64,000 nt of DNA, taken from an uncultured Victivallales bacterium. GTDB lineage: Bacteria; Verrucomicrobiota; Kiritimatiellia; UBA8416. Shown here one piece after another: positions 45,036 to 54,473 of this stretch. Made by a program: the position numbers and the translations under genes. The stretch lies in assembly GCA_964497125.1 (NCBI GenBank), contig CAZCDU010000010.1:2888-66887 (forward strand), given 5' to 3'. The number at the start of each line of letters is the position of its first letter. The first letter of the stretch is position 1. The notes beneath the pieces are model-generated. The model was given only the letters and a program-made list of their open reading frames with translations, was not told the origin of the DNA and ran no database searches.

Positions 45036-47032
45036 GGTTGTTGGTTGCCTGCGGTTGCGTGGCATGCACTCACCGCCTCCATCACCGTGCCAAACCGCAT
45101 ATGCGAGAATCGCCCGAACCGGGGATCGCGGGTCAGTTTCGCCCGCGAGGCAGATGGGGATGGCAGCCCGCAGAGAAAGCGTGTCAGTTGTCGTGGTGAT
45201 GCCAGGGCAGCATGGTCTTCACTCAACAGATCGTCAATAACCGCGAGGCCGGTCGTGGTAATCGACGCATCCCGCATGGGCGGCATCGGGAAACGCGCCT
45301 CACCCATACAGCGGTCACAGTGGCCGCAGTCCCCCTCCAGAGACTCTCCGAAATAGCCAAGCACCTCTCGCACGGTACAGGACTCCAGTTCGGCCAGGGC
45401 CACGACCTGACGGATACGCTCAAGGTCTCGCGCTTCAGATGTCTGGAAACGGGCATGGATCGCGTGGGCGAGCTTGCCGGCAGCGGACGGCCGCTGCACG
45501 AAGCGATACCCATGCCGCAGCCCGGCGACTTTCAGCGTCAGATCGCCCTGCTCCTCGAGGTGATTCAAGGCAGACACAAGGTCTACGCGCGGCGCCCCCA
45601 GCGCGGCCGCTGCGGCGCCGATGTCAACCGTGAACCAGATCCTGCCCTTTCTGGCCCTCCTGAACATCGCGCGGAGCAGCTGCACCCGCTCGGCATCAAG
45701 CCCTGCCAGCATCTCTGCCGAGCTGCGGTTGGGCTGGAACTTGTACTCATTGTAGAGCGGCCCCGTGGAGGCGATGATCCCCTCCAGCTCCAGATATGTT
45801 AGCAGCGTCGAAATCACCAGCGTGCGCATATCATACGCCGTAGACAGCTCGTAGACCGAAACATCAAAATGGTCCGGCTGGTCGAGAATATGCCCGATCA
45901 CTCCCGCCACGGCCGCAGCCGTCGGGGTATCGCCATAGGAGAAGTTCTCCAACGTGGCAACATCGTCAGGACAAACCAGGAGGTCACAGAAGGCGGTCTC
46001 CCCATCACGCCCCGCACGCCCCGTTTCCTGCATGTAATTCTCCAGCGACTTGGGCATGTTGTAGTGATAGACGTAACGAATGTCCGCCTTGTCAATTCCC
46101 ATGCCAAAGGCAATCGTCGCGACCACGACGGCTTTTGGGGACGCCATAAACCAATCCTGTACCGCATGACGCACATCACCATCCATACCGGCATGATACG
46201 CCCTGGCCTCAACGCCGTTGGTTTCGAGAAATGCGGCCACCTGTTCTGCGGTCTTCTGCAGCGTCACATACACAATTGTCGCCCCGCGCGGCCGCGACTT
46301 CAGATGCGAAAGCAGCAGCTTGTCGCGCGCCGGCGCCGCGCACGGCACGGCCCGCATCGTCAGGTTTGGGCGATGAAACCCCGTATTGATGTAGGCCTCA
46401 GGCGAGATCGAAAAACTGCGGCAAATATCCGCTGCCACAGACGGCGTCGCGGTTGCCGTCAACGCCAGGACCCGGGACACCTTCAGATCGCGAGACAGCG
46501 CAGCAAGCTTCAGGTAATCCGGTCGGAAGTTGTGCCCCCACTCGGAGATGCAATGCGCCTCGTCAATCACCATCAGGCTGATGGATGAGCGGCGCAACCG
46601 TTGCACGAAACGTTCACTTGCAAACCGTTCGGGCGCGACATAGAGGATCTTCAGATTCCCATTCCAGAGGTCATCCCAGACTTGGCGCGATTCCTCGGCT
46701 GACAGGCTCGAATCAAGACGCGCCGCACGCACGCCCTTGCTCACCAGGAAATCGATCTGGTCCTTCATCAACGCAATCAACGGCGATACTACCAGCGTCA
46801 TCCCCTCCAACATCAGCGCCGGAAGCTGGAAGCAGAGACTCTTGCCACCGCCCGTTGGAAACACGGCCAGGGCCGAGTTCCCGGCCAATAGCTGCTCAAC
46901 GATCTCCCGCTGGCCCCCACGAAAGGAGTCAAACCCAAACACATCCATCAAAACGCGATCAACATCCATATCGTCACCTGCCTTCTGCCTCTCCATCCCG
47001 CCCACTATACCTGAAGGACACCTTTCCTCCAC
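45032..47032 (-). CDS. recQ: RecQ-family ATP-dependent DNA helicase
   Basis: 'FGFDSFRGGQ', Walker A 'PTGGGKSLCFQLPAL', 'DEAH' box, RecQ-C zinc motif 'CGHCDRC' and a C-terminal HRDC-like region. The true start is probably an internal Met (M13 or M22). Confidence 0.85.
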   Translation of the reverse strand: MEERCPSGIVGGMERQKAGDDMDVDRVLMDVFGFDSFRGGQREIVEQLLAGNSALAVFPTGGGKSLCFQLPALMLEGMTLVVSPLIALMKDQIDFLVSKGVRAARLDSSLSAEESRQVWDDLWNGNLKILYVAPERFASERFVQRLRRSSISLMVIDEAHCISEWGHNFRPDYLKLAALSRDLKVSRVLALTATATPSVAADICRSFSISPEAYINTGFHRPNLTMRAVPCAAPARDKLLLSHLKSRPRGATIVYVTLQKTAEQVAAFLETNGVEARAYHAGMDGDVRHAVQDWFMASPKAVVVATIAFGMGIDKADIRYVYHYNMPKSLENYMQETGRAGRDGETAFCDLLVCPDDVATLENFSYGDTPTAAAVAGVIGHILDQPDHFDVSVYELSTAYDMRTLVISTLLTYLELEGIIASTGPLYNEYKFQPNRSSAEMLAGLDAERVQLLRAMFRRARKGRIWFTVDIGAAAAALGAPRVDLVSALNHLEEQGDLTLKVAGLRHGYRFVQRPSAAGKLAHAIHARFQTSEARDLERIRQVVALAELESCTVREVLGYFGESLEGDCGHCDRCMGEARFPMPPMRDASITTTGLAVIDDLLSEDHAALASPRQLTRFLCGLPSPSASRAKLTRDPRFGRFSHMRFGTVMEAVSACHATAGNQQP

Positions 47033-47099
47033 ACTATAGAAGAGGCAGATCCGGAAAATTCCGAAGAAAGTTGAGACTTTCTTTTCTCATCCCGTCGTT

Positions 47100-47733
47100 T
47101 TTACCACGTGACAGGCAGGCGGGCGGGCTGCCGAGCGGGCCCGGATTAATCAGGAGTGAAACATGCAGTCGCTATGTACGGCCTAAAGGCCGAACTACAA
47201 ACGGGTTGCTACATGAATCCGGCGTTTGTAGTCCGGGCTTTAGCCCGTAAACCGGCGGTGAAGTTTCAGACTAGTGCAGCCGCCGAGTGGACTCGGACCA
47301 TTCAAAGTTGAAACTTGAGAATTAACACTGAGGACCTCAAGAGCGGCGGGAAGGACTCGGAGACTCGCCCGTTCCCGCCCTACAATTGGGCCCTGCATTA
47401 CAGGGGGCGTAGTCTTATGTGGCCTCCCGCCGTCTCCCGATGCAACGCGCGGCTCTTGGTTAACGGGTCGTTCGAATTGAAGTTTCAGGTCAGTTTCGCC
47501 CCCGGCGTCGTACCTCCTCCGGAATAATCAGGGTGGAAACTTCACTTATTGCTCTCTACTTGCTCTTGGCATACAGGCGAGACGCCTGTGCCACGGCATG
47601 CGCATAGTAGCGAGCAATGCTTCGGCGAGAGGCCAAAGTGGCACGGGCGTCCCCGCCCGTAAGCCAAGAGCAAGTTCTGGAGCAAAACGATGAAGTTTCA
47701 GATCAGCCCGCGTGACACTCGCCTATTCAGGGA
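47100..47733. repeat. intergenic repeat cluster B (three tandem MITE/REP-like units, the last carrying the 138-nt palindromic element)
   Basis: Units end in '...TAATCAGGAGTGAAAC', '...AAAGTTGAAAC' and '...TAATCAGGGTGGAAACTTCAC'. The partner inverted motif 'GTGAAGTTTCAGAC' recurs at about 47259, 47479 and 47692, with spacing of about 215 bp. Confidence 0.7.
47551..47688. repeat. 138-nt highly self-complementary element, copy 2
   Basis: Flanks are nearly identical to 5088-5225, while the central ~40 nt are only about 60% identical. The same stems are preserved. Confidence 0.7.
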
Positions 47734-49326
47734 CTAGCGTCCCCCGGTGCCCGAGCCTTGCTGCTTCGGGGCAACGACGGCAGTGGTCAGAGGGAAATCA
47801 TCCGTGCGGAAAGGCGTCACGGGGAGGCCCGTCCGGTTCTGGAGGTTGCAGACGGGATTCTGTGCCCATGCGTAACGCACGGCAATGGGATCGGCAACGG
47901 TATCACACCAAACCTGCACCTTGTCGCGTCCCTGGAGCTGCGCTTTCGCATTGTGCCAGACCTTGTCTTCACCGCAAATGGCAAAGCCCAGGGGTTCCCG
48001 CACATCGAACGTATCCAACCCCGGCCCCACGTGATCAAACGCCACCACGATCTTGTTGCCCTGCTTCTCCATGGAGCGGTACTCGGGGCTGCGACAGACG
48101 ATATCCAAGCCGTAGTCTTTCGCGAGCGCCAGGCGAGCCAGGCGTTTGGCTACGCCTTGCTTATTCCTGGGATGAATGTCATGGGCCTCGCCAAGGTCGG
48201 TAATCACGGCCTGTCCCGTGTTGGGAAGACTCAGCGTCAGCGTCTGTGACTCGCGCAACTCCGCCCAATTGCTGTCCGTAGGCTGATCGACCTCATCCTG
48301 GAAATCAGCCAGCTGGACCCAGTAGAACGGGAAGTCGCCCTGCCCCCACTGTTCACGCCAATGCGTGATCATCAGGGGGAAGAGCTTGCGGTAATTCCAC
48401 GCCCGGCCGGCATTGCTCTCGCCCTGGTACCAGATGGTCCCACGGATGCCGTAGCCGATGATGGGATGAAGGACACCGGCATAGAGATTGCCCGGACGAT
48501 GCTGTCCCCGCATGTCATGCTCGGGGTGACGCGGCTTGCGTGGGCCCCTCTTGCCCGCAGCCTTGGCTGCGGCGGTTTCCTGTTGCCATTTCGCAAGGTT
48601 GGCATCGTACAGCTTCTGCGACTTTCCGGATTCCATGTCGGCTTCCTTCTGCTCCCACATCTCAATGTAGGTGTCACAGTCGCCAGAGGCCTCAAGAACA
48701 TCGCGTCTGACCCATGCTTCGGCCGAGGAACCACCCCATGCGTTATTAATCAAGCCAATCGGCACATCAAGCGTCTGATGCAGCTGCCGACCAAAGAAGT
48801 AACCAACGGCTGAAAAGTGCTTCACCGTTTCAGGCGTACAGAGATTCCACTGCCCCCTGAAATCATTCTGCGGCTCCTGAGTCCCCACCTGGGGAACACT
48901 AATGAAACGGATCTTGGAATACTTAGCGGTCAAGCTCTCAAGGTCAGGATCGTCGGAGTTCTGTAGCGACCACTGCATGTTCGACTGTCCCGAGCAAAGC
49001 CACACTTCACCAACAAGGACATTATCGAAGCGCTGGGTTGTGGAGCCGGTTACGACAAGCGCTCTCCCCTCGGCAGACGTCTTGAGCGCATCAAGCACGA
49101 CCTCCCAACGGCCATCGTCTGCCGCCACGGCCGACTTCGTCTGCCCCGCGAATTCCACGGTCACGCTCTTGCCGGCATCATCCCATCCCCAGACCTTCAC
49201 AGGCATATCGCGCTGCAACACCATGCGGCTGCCGAATATGGCCGGCATCTTGGTTTCAGCCGATGCGGTCAAACCACCCAGAACGATGAAACCAACAAGA
49301 ATGGCAAGCGTGAGACGATCTTTCAT
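47734..49326 (-). CDS. sialate O-acetylesterase-like carbohydrate esterase (SASA/DUF303 family)
   Basis: Signal peptide starting at 'MKDRLTLAILVGFIVLGG'. 'GEVWLCSGQSNM' GDS(L)-like serine motif and two SASA-like domains. Confidence 0.65.
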   Translation of the reverse strand: MKDRLTLAILVGFIVLGGLTASAETKMPAIFGSRMVLQRDMPVKVWGWDDAGKSVTVEFAGQTKSAVAADDGRWEVVLDALKTSAEGRALVVTGSTTQRFDNVLVGEVWLCSGQSNMQWSLQNSDDPDLESLTAKYSKIRFISVPQVGTQEPQNDFRGQWNLCTPETVKHFSAVGYFFGRQLHQTLDVPIGLINNAWGGSSAEAWVRRDVLEASGDCDTYIEMWEQKEADMESGKSQKLYDANLAKWQQETAAAKAAGKRGPRKPRHPEHDMRGQHRPGNLYAGVLHPIIGYGIRGTIWYQGESNAGRAWNYRKLFPLMITHWREQWGQGDFPFYWVQLADFQDEVDQPTDSNWAELRESQTLTLSLPNTGQAVITDLGEAHDIHPRNKQGVAKRLARLALAKDYGLDIVCRSPEYRSMEKQGNKIVVAFDHVGPGLDTFDVREPLGFAICGEDKVWHNAKAQLQGRDKVQVWCDTVADPIAVRYAWAQNPVCNLQNRTGLPVTPFRTDDFPLTTAVVAPKQQGSGTGGR

Positions 49327-49396
49327 AACGTGTCCTTCTACTGATGGAGTTAGCAAGAGGAGGAGTCTAGTGTAGTGAGGATAGCGTCGGCAACCG

Positions 49397-52300
49397 CTAA
49401 TCGTCATCAATGCTGAGGCGATAGAAAACACTCTTCGCATCACATATGCCGGTCGTATAGACATTGACTGGCGGCGTGGCCGGGATCGCCGAGTTGGTGA
49501 GCGTGAACTCACCTGAGACCAGGTTCGTGCTGATCCACAGCGAGTAGAACTTGCCGGTCGCGCTCAACCACGAGAACACACAGCCTGAAGTCTGCCCTAC
49601 ATCGGTCAGCGCAAAGACGGATTCCGCATCAGTCGGATCGGTGCCGGCGCGCCACTCGTCATAGTTCGTCGCCCCGTCCTCATCCCAATCCTCATCCGCC
49701 CCACCGTCCACGGCATTGGTGTTCCCAAAATAGTCGATCTCCCAACTATCCGGCATCCCGTCGCCATCGTGGTCGTCGAGCACCTGTTCTGCTGAGCCCG
49801 GCGATGGGCTTGCATCCGCAACCCAGTTGGTAGCGTCGTTCGGGTAGGCGGCCACATCGACACGTGCCAGCGATGATCCAAGTCCATCAGCCGCCAGCGG
49901 CCAGGGCGCGGCATCGTTGTAGTCGACGAGCTCGACGACAATATAGGGAACTTCTCCCGTCAGTGCCTCCGGTTCACCCGGCCGGGTCAGCGTCAGATCC
50001 TCGCCATCATTGTTGAGCGCGCCCTCGTATGGACCGAGTACTGTGACACCTGCATCCACCGTGTAGTAGCTGCGGAACGCCGCCTCATTCGTTTCAGTAA
50101 CTAACAGGCATTCACCGGCGGAAAGCACAATGCCGGTCGGGAAGCTGAACGTCACCGCACCTTCAAGCTTCCAGGTGTTGGTGGGATTAGCCAAGTCGTA
50201 GAGCGGGGCATTCGAAGCGCTACGGTTGCAGATCTCGACGAACTCAAAGCCATTGCTGTCAGCCGGATGATAGACGAACTCGGTAATGACCACCGAATCG
50301 ACCAGCGGATAGGCGTTGCTTGCGCCCGAGGTCTGCGAGCTCTGCGCCGTGAAGTCGGCCGTACCATCGCTCTTGATGTGTCGCCCAAACGTCACATCGC
50401 GCTCAGCCGCGCCGAAAACCGCCTCAACCCGGTAACCGGTCAGTTCCCCACCCTCGCTTGAAGAGAGGTAGACGCCCTCACCCAGCTCACTGAGAGCAAA
50501 GCCGTTCACCCCTGCCGCGGCGGCGCCGAAATGATCATGCTCGGTCAAGACCTGGTACCCGCCGGGGGCAATGGCTGCAATTCCACTGAGCACAACCTTT
50601 GTCAGGTTGGTATCGTCGTCACTCAGGTACCACCCATTGATGTCAATCGTGTTGGTAGAGTTGTTGAACAGCTCAATCCAATCACCTGGATCATCCTGAT
50701 CCTGGTGCGTCAGCACTTCATTGATGACTAGATCATCAGGATCAAGGAACGCGAACGGCCCGCTACCGGGGGTGCCGCCAACATACTTACTTGGACGCCA
50801 CGCTGTGCTTTCGTTCCAGGCATTGGTGTCGGCAGCGGGATCAATCAACGTCAGCGAATACCCATCACCATCCGTGATCGCGTACCAATCGTCATATTCA
50901 AAATCAAGGATCGTGCGGCCGAGACCATCAATCAACGCAACCTGCTCCCCGGAATTGGCAAGGGCCGCATCTTGAATGTAGAACTGTCCATAATACTCAC
51001 CTGCGATGTTGATGTTTGCCCAATTGGTGTAGCGTGCGGCGAAGGCATCCAGATCGTTCACAAGCACAACGTACTCACCGGGATCAAGCGTCGTCACATC
51101 ACCATCCGTGAAGTCGAAACGGACACCCTCGCTGAATGCGGTTCCGGCCAGGCCGACCGTGCCCGTGCCGGTGTTGAGCAGTTCAATAAACTCAAACCCC
51201 GATGCTGCATAGTTCGTCTCCGCTCCCGACACCGGGTCAATCGGATGATACATGACCTCGGTGACGCGCAGGGGCGAGACCTCGCTCAGCACGAAGATGG
51301 CCTCTGTCAACGCGCTCCACGTTCCGCCGCTCAGAACACGGGCCTTCACCTGCGTCGATCGCGTCAGCGTGACGGCATTGCTATAGGCCGCACCCGCGAC
51401 ACTACCGCCAACCGCGCGGGGATCAGAACCGTCGGTCGTATAGTAGATCTGGCTGTCGCCGCTGATGACAAGCGCGTATCCAGACGTGAGGCTGCCACCG
51501 TGCTGGCTGAATGACGGGGCATCCACGGCGGGGTACCACCCCACGCTCTCAAGCTGGCCAACGACCACATCTCTGCGGGTGTTGGGTGATGCCTGCAGGT
51601 AGTCGTCGAGAATGCTATTGACCGCGGGCAGCCAGTCGTCGTCCCTGGTTCGCGGCGTCGCTGTGATGTAGTCCCCCCACCGGGCGGACTCGGCGATGAT
51701 CGCCAGCTCCATCTCTGTCTTGCGATCGTTCAGAAGTGCTACCGCGTTGTCGGGAGTCAGGACGCCATCATTGAAAAGATGGCGGTGAACGCGGTCGGCA
51801 AAACGCAGCTTGTACTCATCGTTGTCGACGAGTTGGAGATGCAGCCACCACGGGTTAAAGCACTCCATGGTACCCAGCGTCGAGCTGGCAGCGACCGTTG
51901 CCGAACGCGTGCTGACGATATCGTAGTCAACCTCCTCTGTTAAGTGATAGCCGAGGGCATGTTCCGCATCGTGTGCGATGAACTTGAACCCCTCCGGGCT
52001 CACCCGGTTGTACAGCGCGAACAAGTTGTTCGGTATCGATCCGGTGTTCGGCGGCCCCAGTGGCGAATCGCGATTGCCCACGTAGAACACCGTCAGCATG
52101 TAATCAGCCAGGTTATCCACATCCAACAACTGCGTGTAGCTCTCGTTCCTTGACCCATCGGCATTCATGCCCTGGATAAAGAAGTAGTCGACGTTGGCAA
52201 CGACCCCGGAATTGGCGGCCGACCACAGCGACTGGTAGTCATCGATTACGCCGTCAGTTGCCTCTATCTGCCCCCTGTTATCACCGGCCTTCACAATATC

Positions 52301-54310
52301 GTAGTCGTCACTGTCATCACCATAGTACGACTCCCCGTAGCGTGCATCAGGCCGCTCTTCCGTCTGGTACAGTCCCCAGTACTGTCCATTGAGGTAAAGG
52401 TGATAGAAGCGCCCCCTTGTATAGGGCTGCCCCATCTCGCGGTGGGCATCGCGCACAAAGATGTCATAGAGCCATGTGCTTACGGCCCCGCTATTCCCGA
52501 GGTGCCAGGAGAAGTTCTGACCCGTCCGCAAATCAATACGTTTATAGCTGTCAGCCCCCTCGTCCCCGAACAGGTCGTAGTTCAGACGTGCCGTGCCATA
52601 CTCCGACCGGAAGAAGAGCCGGAATGAGTGCTTCGGATTCCGAGCCTGCCGGCTCATACCGCCCCGTATGCGAACGCCACCGTTGATCTGAAACCCCTGC
52701 GTCCCGTCCGGATTAATCAGCTCTACGGAAGTCTCACGCTCCCACAGCGCGCCATCGTCCAGGGCATTCACGTAAATCCCACTGGCGGCATCGAACAGGT
52801 TGTCAGGGTCAGTCACGATTGAGACGGAAGGAATATCCAGGAGCGCATCGTCAATCAGATCCGCGTAATCAGGATCGTTCACGACATCAGGATCCATTGC
52901 GTAGTCGAACACCTGTCCATTGACCGGCCCAGATGGCCAATCGGGCTCGAGCGGACTGGCATCCGCCGCTTGTGTCACGATGTCACTCAAGAAGATATAG
53001 GTCTGGGTGTCAACATCGCTGGGCTGATAGCCATCCACGAATGCGGCCGCCCGCAGGACGGTGGTCGTCCCAATCGTGATGGGCCCGGTGTAGAGCGTAC
53101 CGTTGTTCGTCGCCGGTGAAGTAGCGTCAACGGTGTAGTAGATCGCGGCGTTCGTGGTATCACAGCTGATTGCCACCTCGAAGGCGTTGGTGTAGAAGCC
53201 GCGATCGACGGTGAACTTCGTATCCTCTACATAGCCCAGGAATCCGGCTACATTCGCGCGCCCGGGCGTAGCCGCGGAGAGGTAGCTCAACGTGTTCGAC
53301 TGCATACTTCCCGCCACAGCGGCGTTCAACTCGGCGATGACCAACATATCGGAACTATGAAGCGGCACATTGACGCCCTGAATAGCCAGTATGTTGGTCC
53401 CATCCTGCAGGGCTCCGACGTGGTCACTGGCATCGAAATCCACGTAGGCGTTCAGGTCCGCATCGTGTGAGGCCGTGGCCATTGAATTCCACGCCAGGGG
53501 ATCCGGGGCGTTGGCGGTTGCGATTTGGGTGCCGTTCAGGAATGCGGTGAACCCATCGTCGTACTTTGTACGCAAAGAGAGGGCGCCGATTGCGTCAGCG
53601 TCACTGACGTCGAAAGCAATCCGTATGTAGACCGATCCATTCTGGAACCGCATGGACTGCACATCCAACCCGATCAGGCTCTCGTAGCCCGAGCTGGCCT
53701 CGTACCCTACCCCCTGGTGCCCCGTCAGCCACCCGGTCTCGTTGTAGCCCACGTAATGCCAGTTCGTTGATGCGGCATCGCTTGTGGGCACAAGGGCTTT
53801 CGCATCCTCATCGGCCGCAACCAGCGTGGTATACGTCGAATCCCATGGAATACCGTAGGCGACATCATCAGACTGGACGGGATAGTCAACGATCTCATCT
53901 TCGACCGTCACCCCGTCTGCCCGCGTAAGCACAACGCTCTCGCCATCCCCGCTGAGTTTGAACGTGGTGTGGAGATAGCCGAGGCTATCGACGTAGTCCT
54001 CTACATCCTGGCCACTGGCAAACACAACCAGGAAACCACCGGCGGCTATGTTGGTAGCGGGAAAGGACCACTTCTGAAGGTCGTTCGTCTCGTCGCTGAG
54101 GTACCAGCCCGTAAGATCAACGGCATTCGTCCCGCTATTGTGGAGCTCCAGCCAGTCAGAGTAGTTCCCGTCACCGTCGATGAGCGTATCATCGTTCTTG
54201 GCGACGAACTCACTGATCACAACCTGGGCTTCGCAACGCTCCGCAACGCCTCCGGCAAGCCCCAACACCAGGGCCACCGCCAGCCACGATTTCCCAGCAA
54301 CATTCCTCAT
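49397..54310 (-). CDS. giant secreted protein with multiple lamin-tail (LTD) domains and a CotH-like domain
   Basis: 1637 aa with a signal peptide. Repeated LTD signatures ('VISEFVAKND...DWLELHN', 'LRVTEVMYHP...EFIELLN', 'LVINEVL...DWIELFN', 'VVITEFVYHP...EFVEICN'). Central CotH-like region. C-terminal 'DHDGDGMPDSWE' calcium-binding-like motif. Confidence 0.65.
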   Translation of the reverse strand: MRNVAGKSWLAVALVLGLAGGVAERCEAQVVISEFVAKNDDTLIDGDGNYSDWLELHNSGTNAVDLTGWYLSDETNDLQKWSFPATNIAAGGFLVVFASGQDVEDYVDSLGYLHTTFKLSGDGESVVLTRADGVTVEDEIVDYPVQSDDVAYGIPWDSTYTTLVAADEDAKALVPTSDAASTNWHYVGYNETGWLTGHQGVGYEASSGYESLIGLDVQSMRFQNGSVYIRIAFDVSDADAIGALSLRTKYDDGFTAFLNGTQIATANAPDPLAWNSMATASHDADLNAYVDFDASDHVGALQDGTNILAIQGVNVPLHSSDMLVIAELNAAVAGSMQSNTLSYLSAATPGRANVAGFLGYVEDTKFTVDRGFYTNAFEVAISCDTTNAAIYYTVDATSPATNNGTLYTGPITIGTTTVLRAAAFVDGYQPSDVDTQTYIFLSDIVTQAADASPLEPDWPSGPVNGQVFDYAMDPDVVNDPDYADLIDDALLDIPSVSIVTDPDNLFDAASGIYVNALDDGALWERETSVELINPDGTQGFQINGGVRIRGGMSRQARNPKHSFRLFFRSEYGTARLNYDLFGDEGADSYKRIDLRTGQNFSWHLGNSGAVSTWLYDIFVRDAHREMGQPYTRGRFYHLYLNGQYWGLYQTEERPDARYGESYYGDDSDDYDIVKAGDNRGQIEATDGVIDDYQSLWSAANSGVVANVDYFFIQGMNADGSRNESYTQLLDVDNLADYMLTVFYVGNRDSPLGPPNTGSIPNNLFALYNRVSPEGFKFIAHDAEHALGYHLTEEVDYDIVSTRSATVAASSTLGTMECFNPWWLHLQLVDNDEYKLRFADRVHRHLFNDGVLTPDNAVALLNDRKTEMELAIIAESARWGDYITATPRTRDDDWLPAVNSILDDYLQASPNTRRDVVVGQLESVGWYPAVDAPSFSQHGGSLTSGYALVISGDSQIYYTTDGSDPRAVGGSVAGAAYSNAVTLTRSTQVKARVLSGGTWSALTEAIFVLSEVSPLRVTEVMYHPIDPVSGAETNYAASGFEFIELLNTGTGTVGLAGTAFSEGVRFDFTDGDVTTLDPGEYVVLVNDLDAFAARYTNWANINIAGEYYGQFYIQDAALANSGEQVALIDGLGRTILDFEYDDWYAITDGDGYSLTLIDPAADTNAWNESTAWRPSKYVGGTPGSGPFAFLDPDDLVINEVLTHQDQDDPGDWIELFNNSTNTIDINGWYLSDDDTNLTKVVLSGIAAIAPGGYQVLTEHDHFGAAAAGVNGFALSELGEGVYLSSSEGGELTGYRVEAVFGAAERDVTFGRHIKSDGTADFTAQSSQTSGASNAYPLVDSVVITEFVYHPADSNGFEFVEICNRSASNAPLYDLANPTNTWKLEGAVTFSFPTGIVLSAGECLLVTETNEAAFRSYYTVDAGVTVLGPYEGALNNDGEDLTLTRPGEPEALTGEVPYIVVELVDYNDAAPWPLAADGLGSSLARVDVAAYPNDATNWVADASPSPGSAEQVLDDHDGDGMPDSWEIDYFGNTNAVDGGADEDWDEDGATNYDEWRAGTDPTDAESVFALTDVGQTSGCVFSWLSATGKFYSLWISTNLVSGEFTLTNSAIPATPPVNVYTTGICDAKSVFYRLSIDDD

Positions 54311-54473
54311 CGGCCAATCCTACATCTAGTGCCCGCTCTGGCGCAACGGATCAATCATGCTCTCAGGCACAATCACATTGCACATACACGGGGCGTCTAG
54401 CTGGTGTTACGTAGGACGCGAGAGAATCTTGCAAAGGCTATCGCCGATTCCACCTTTCCTGGGCCGACAGGAC

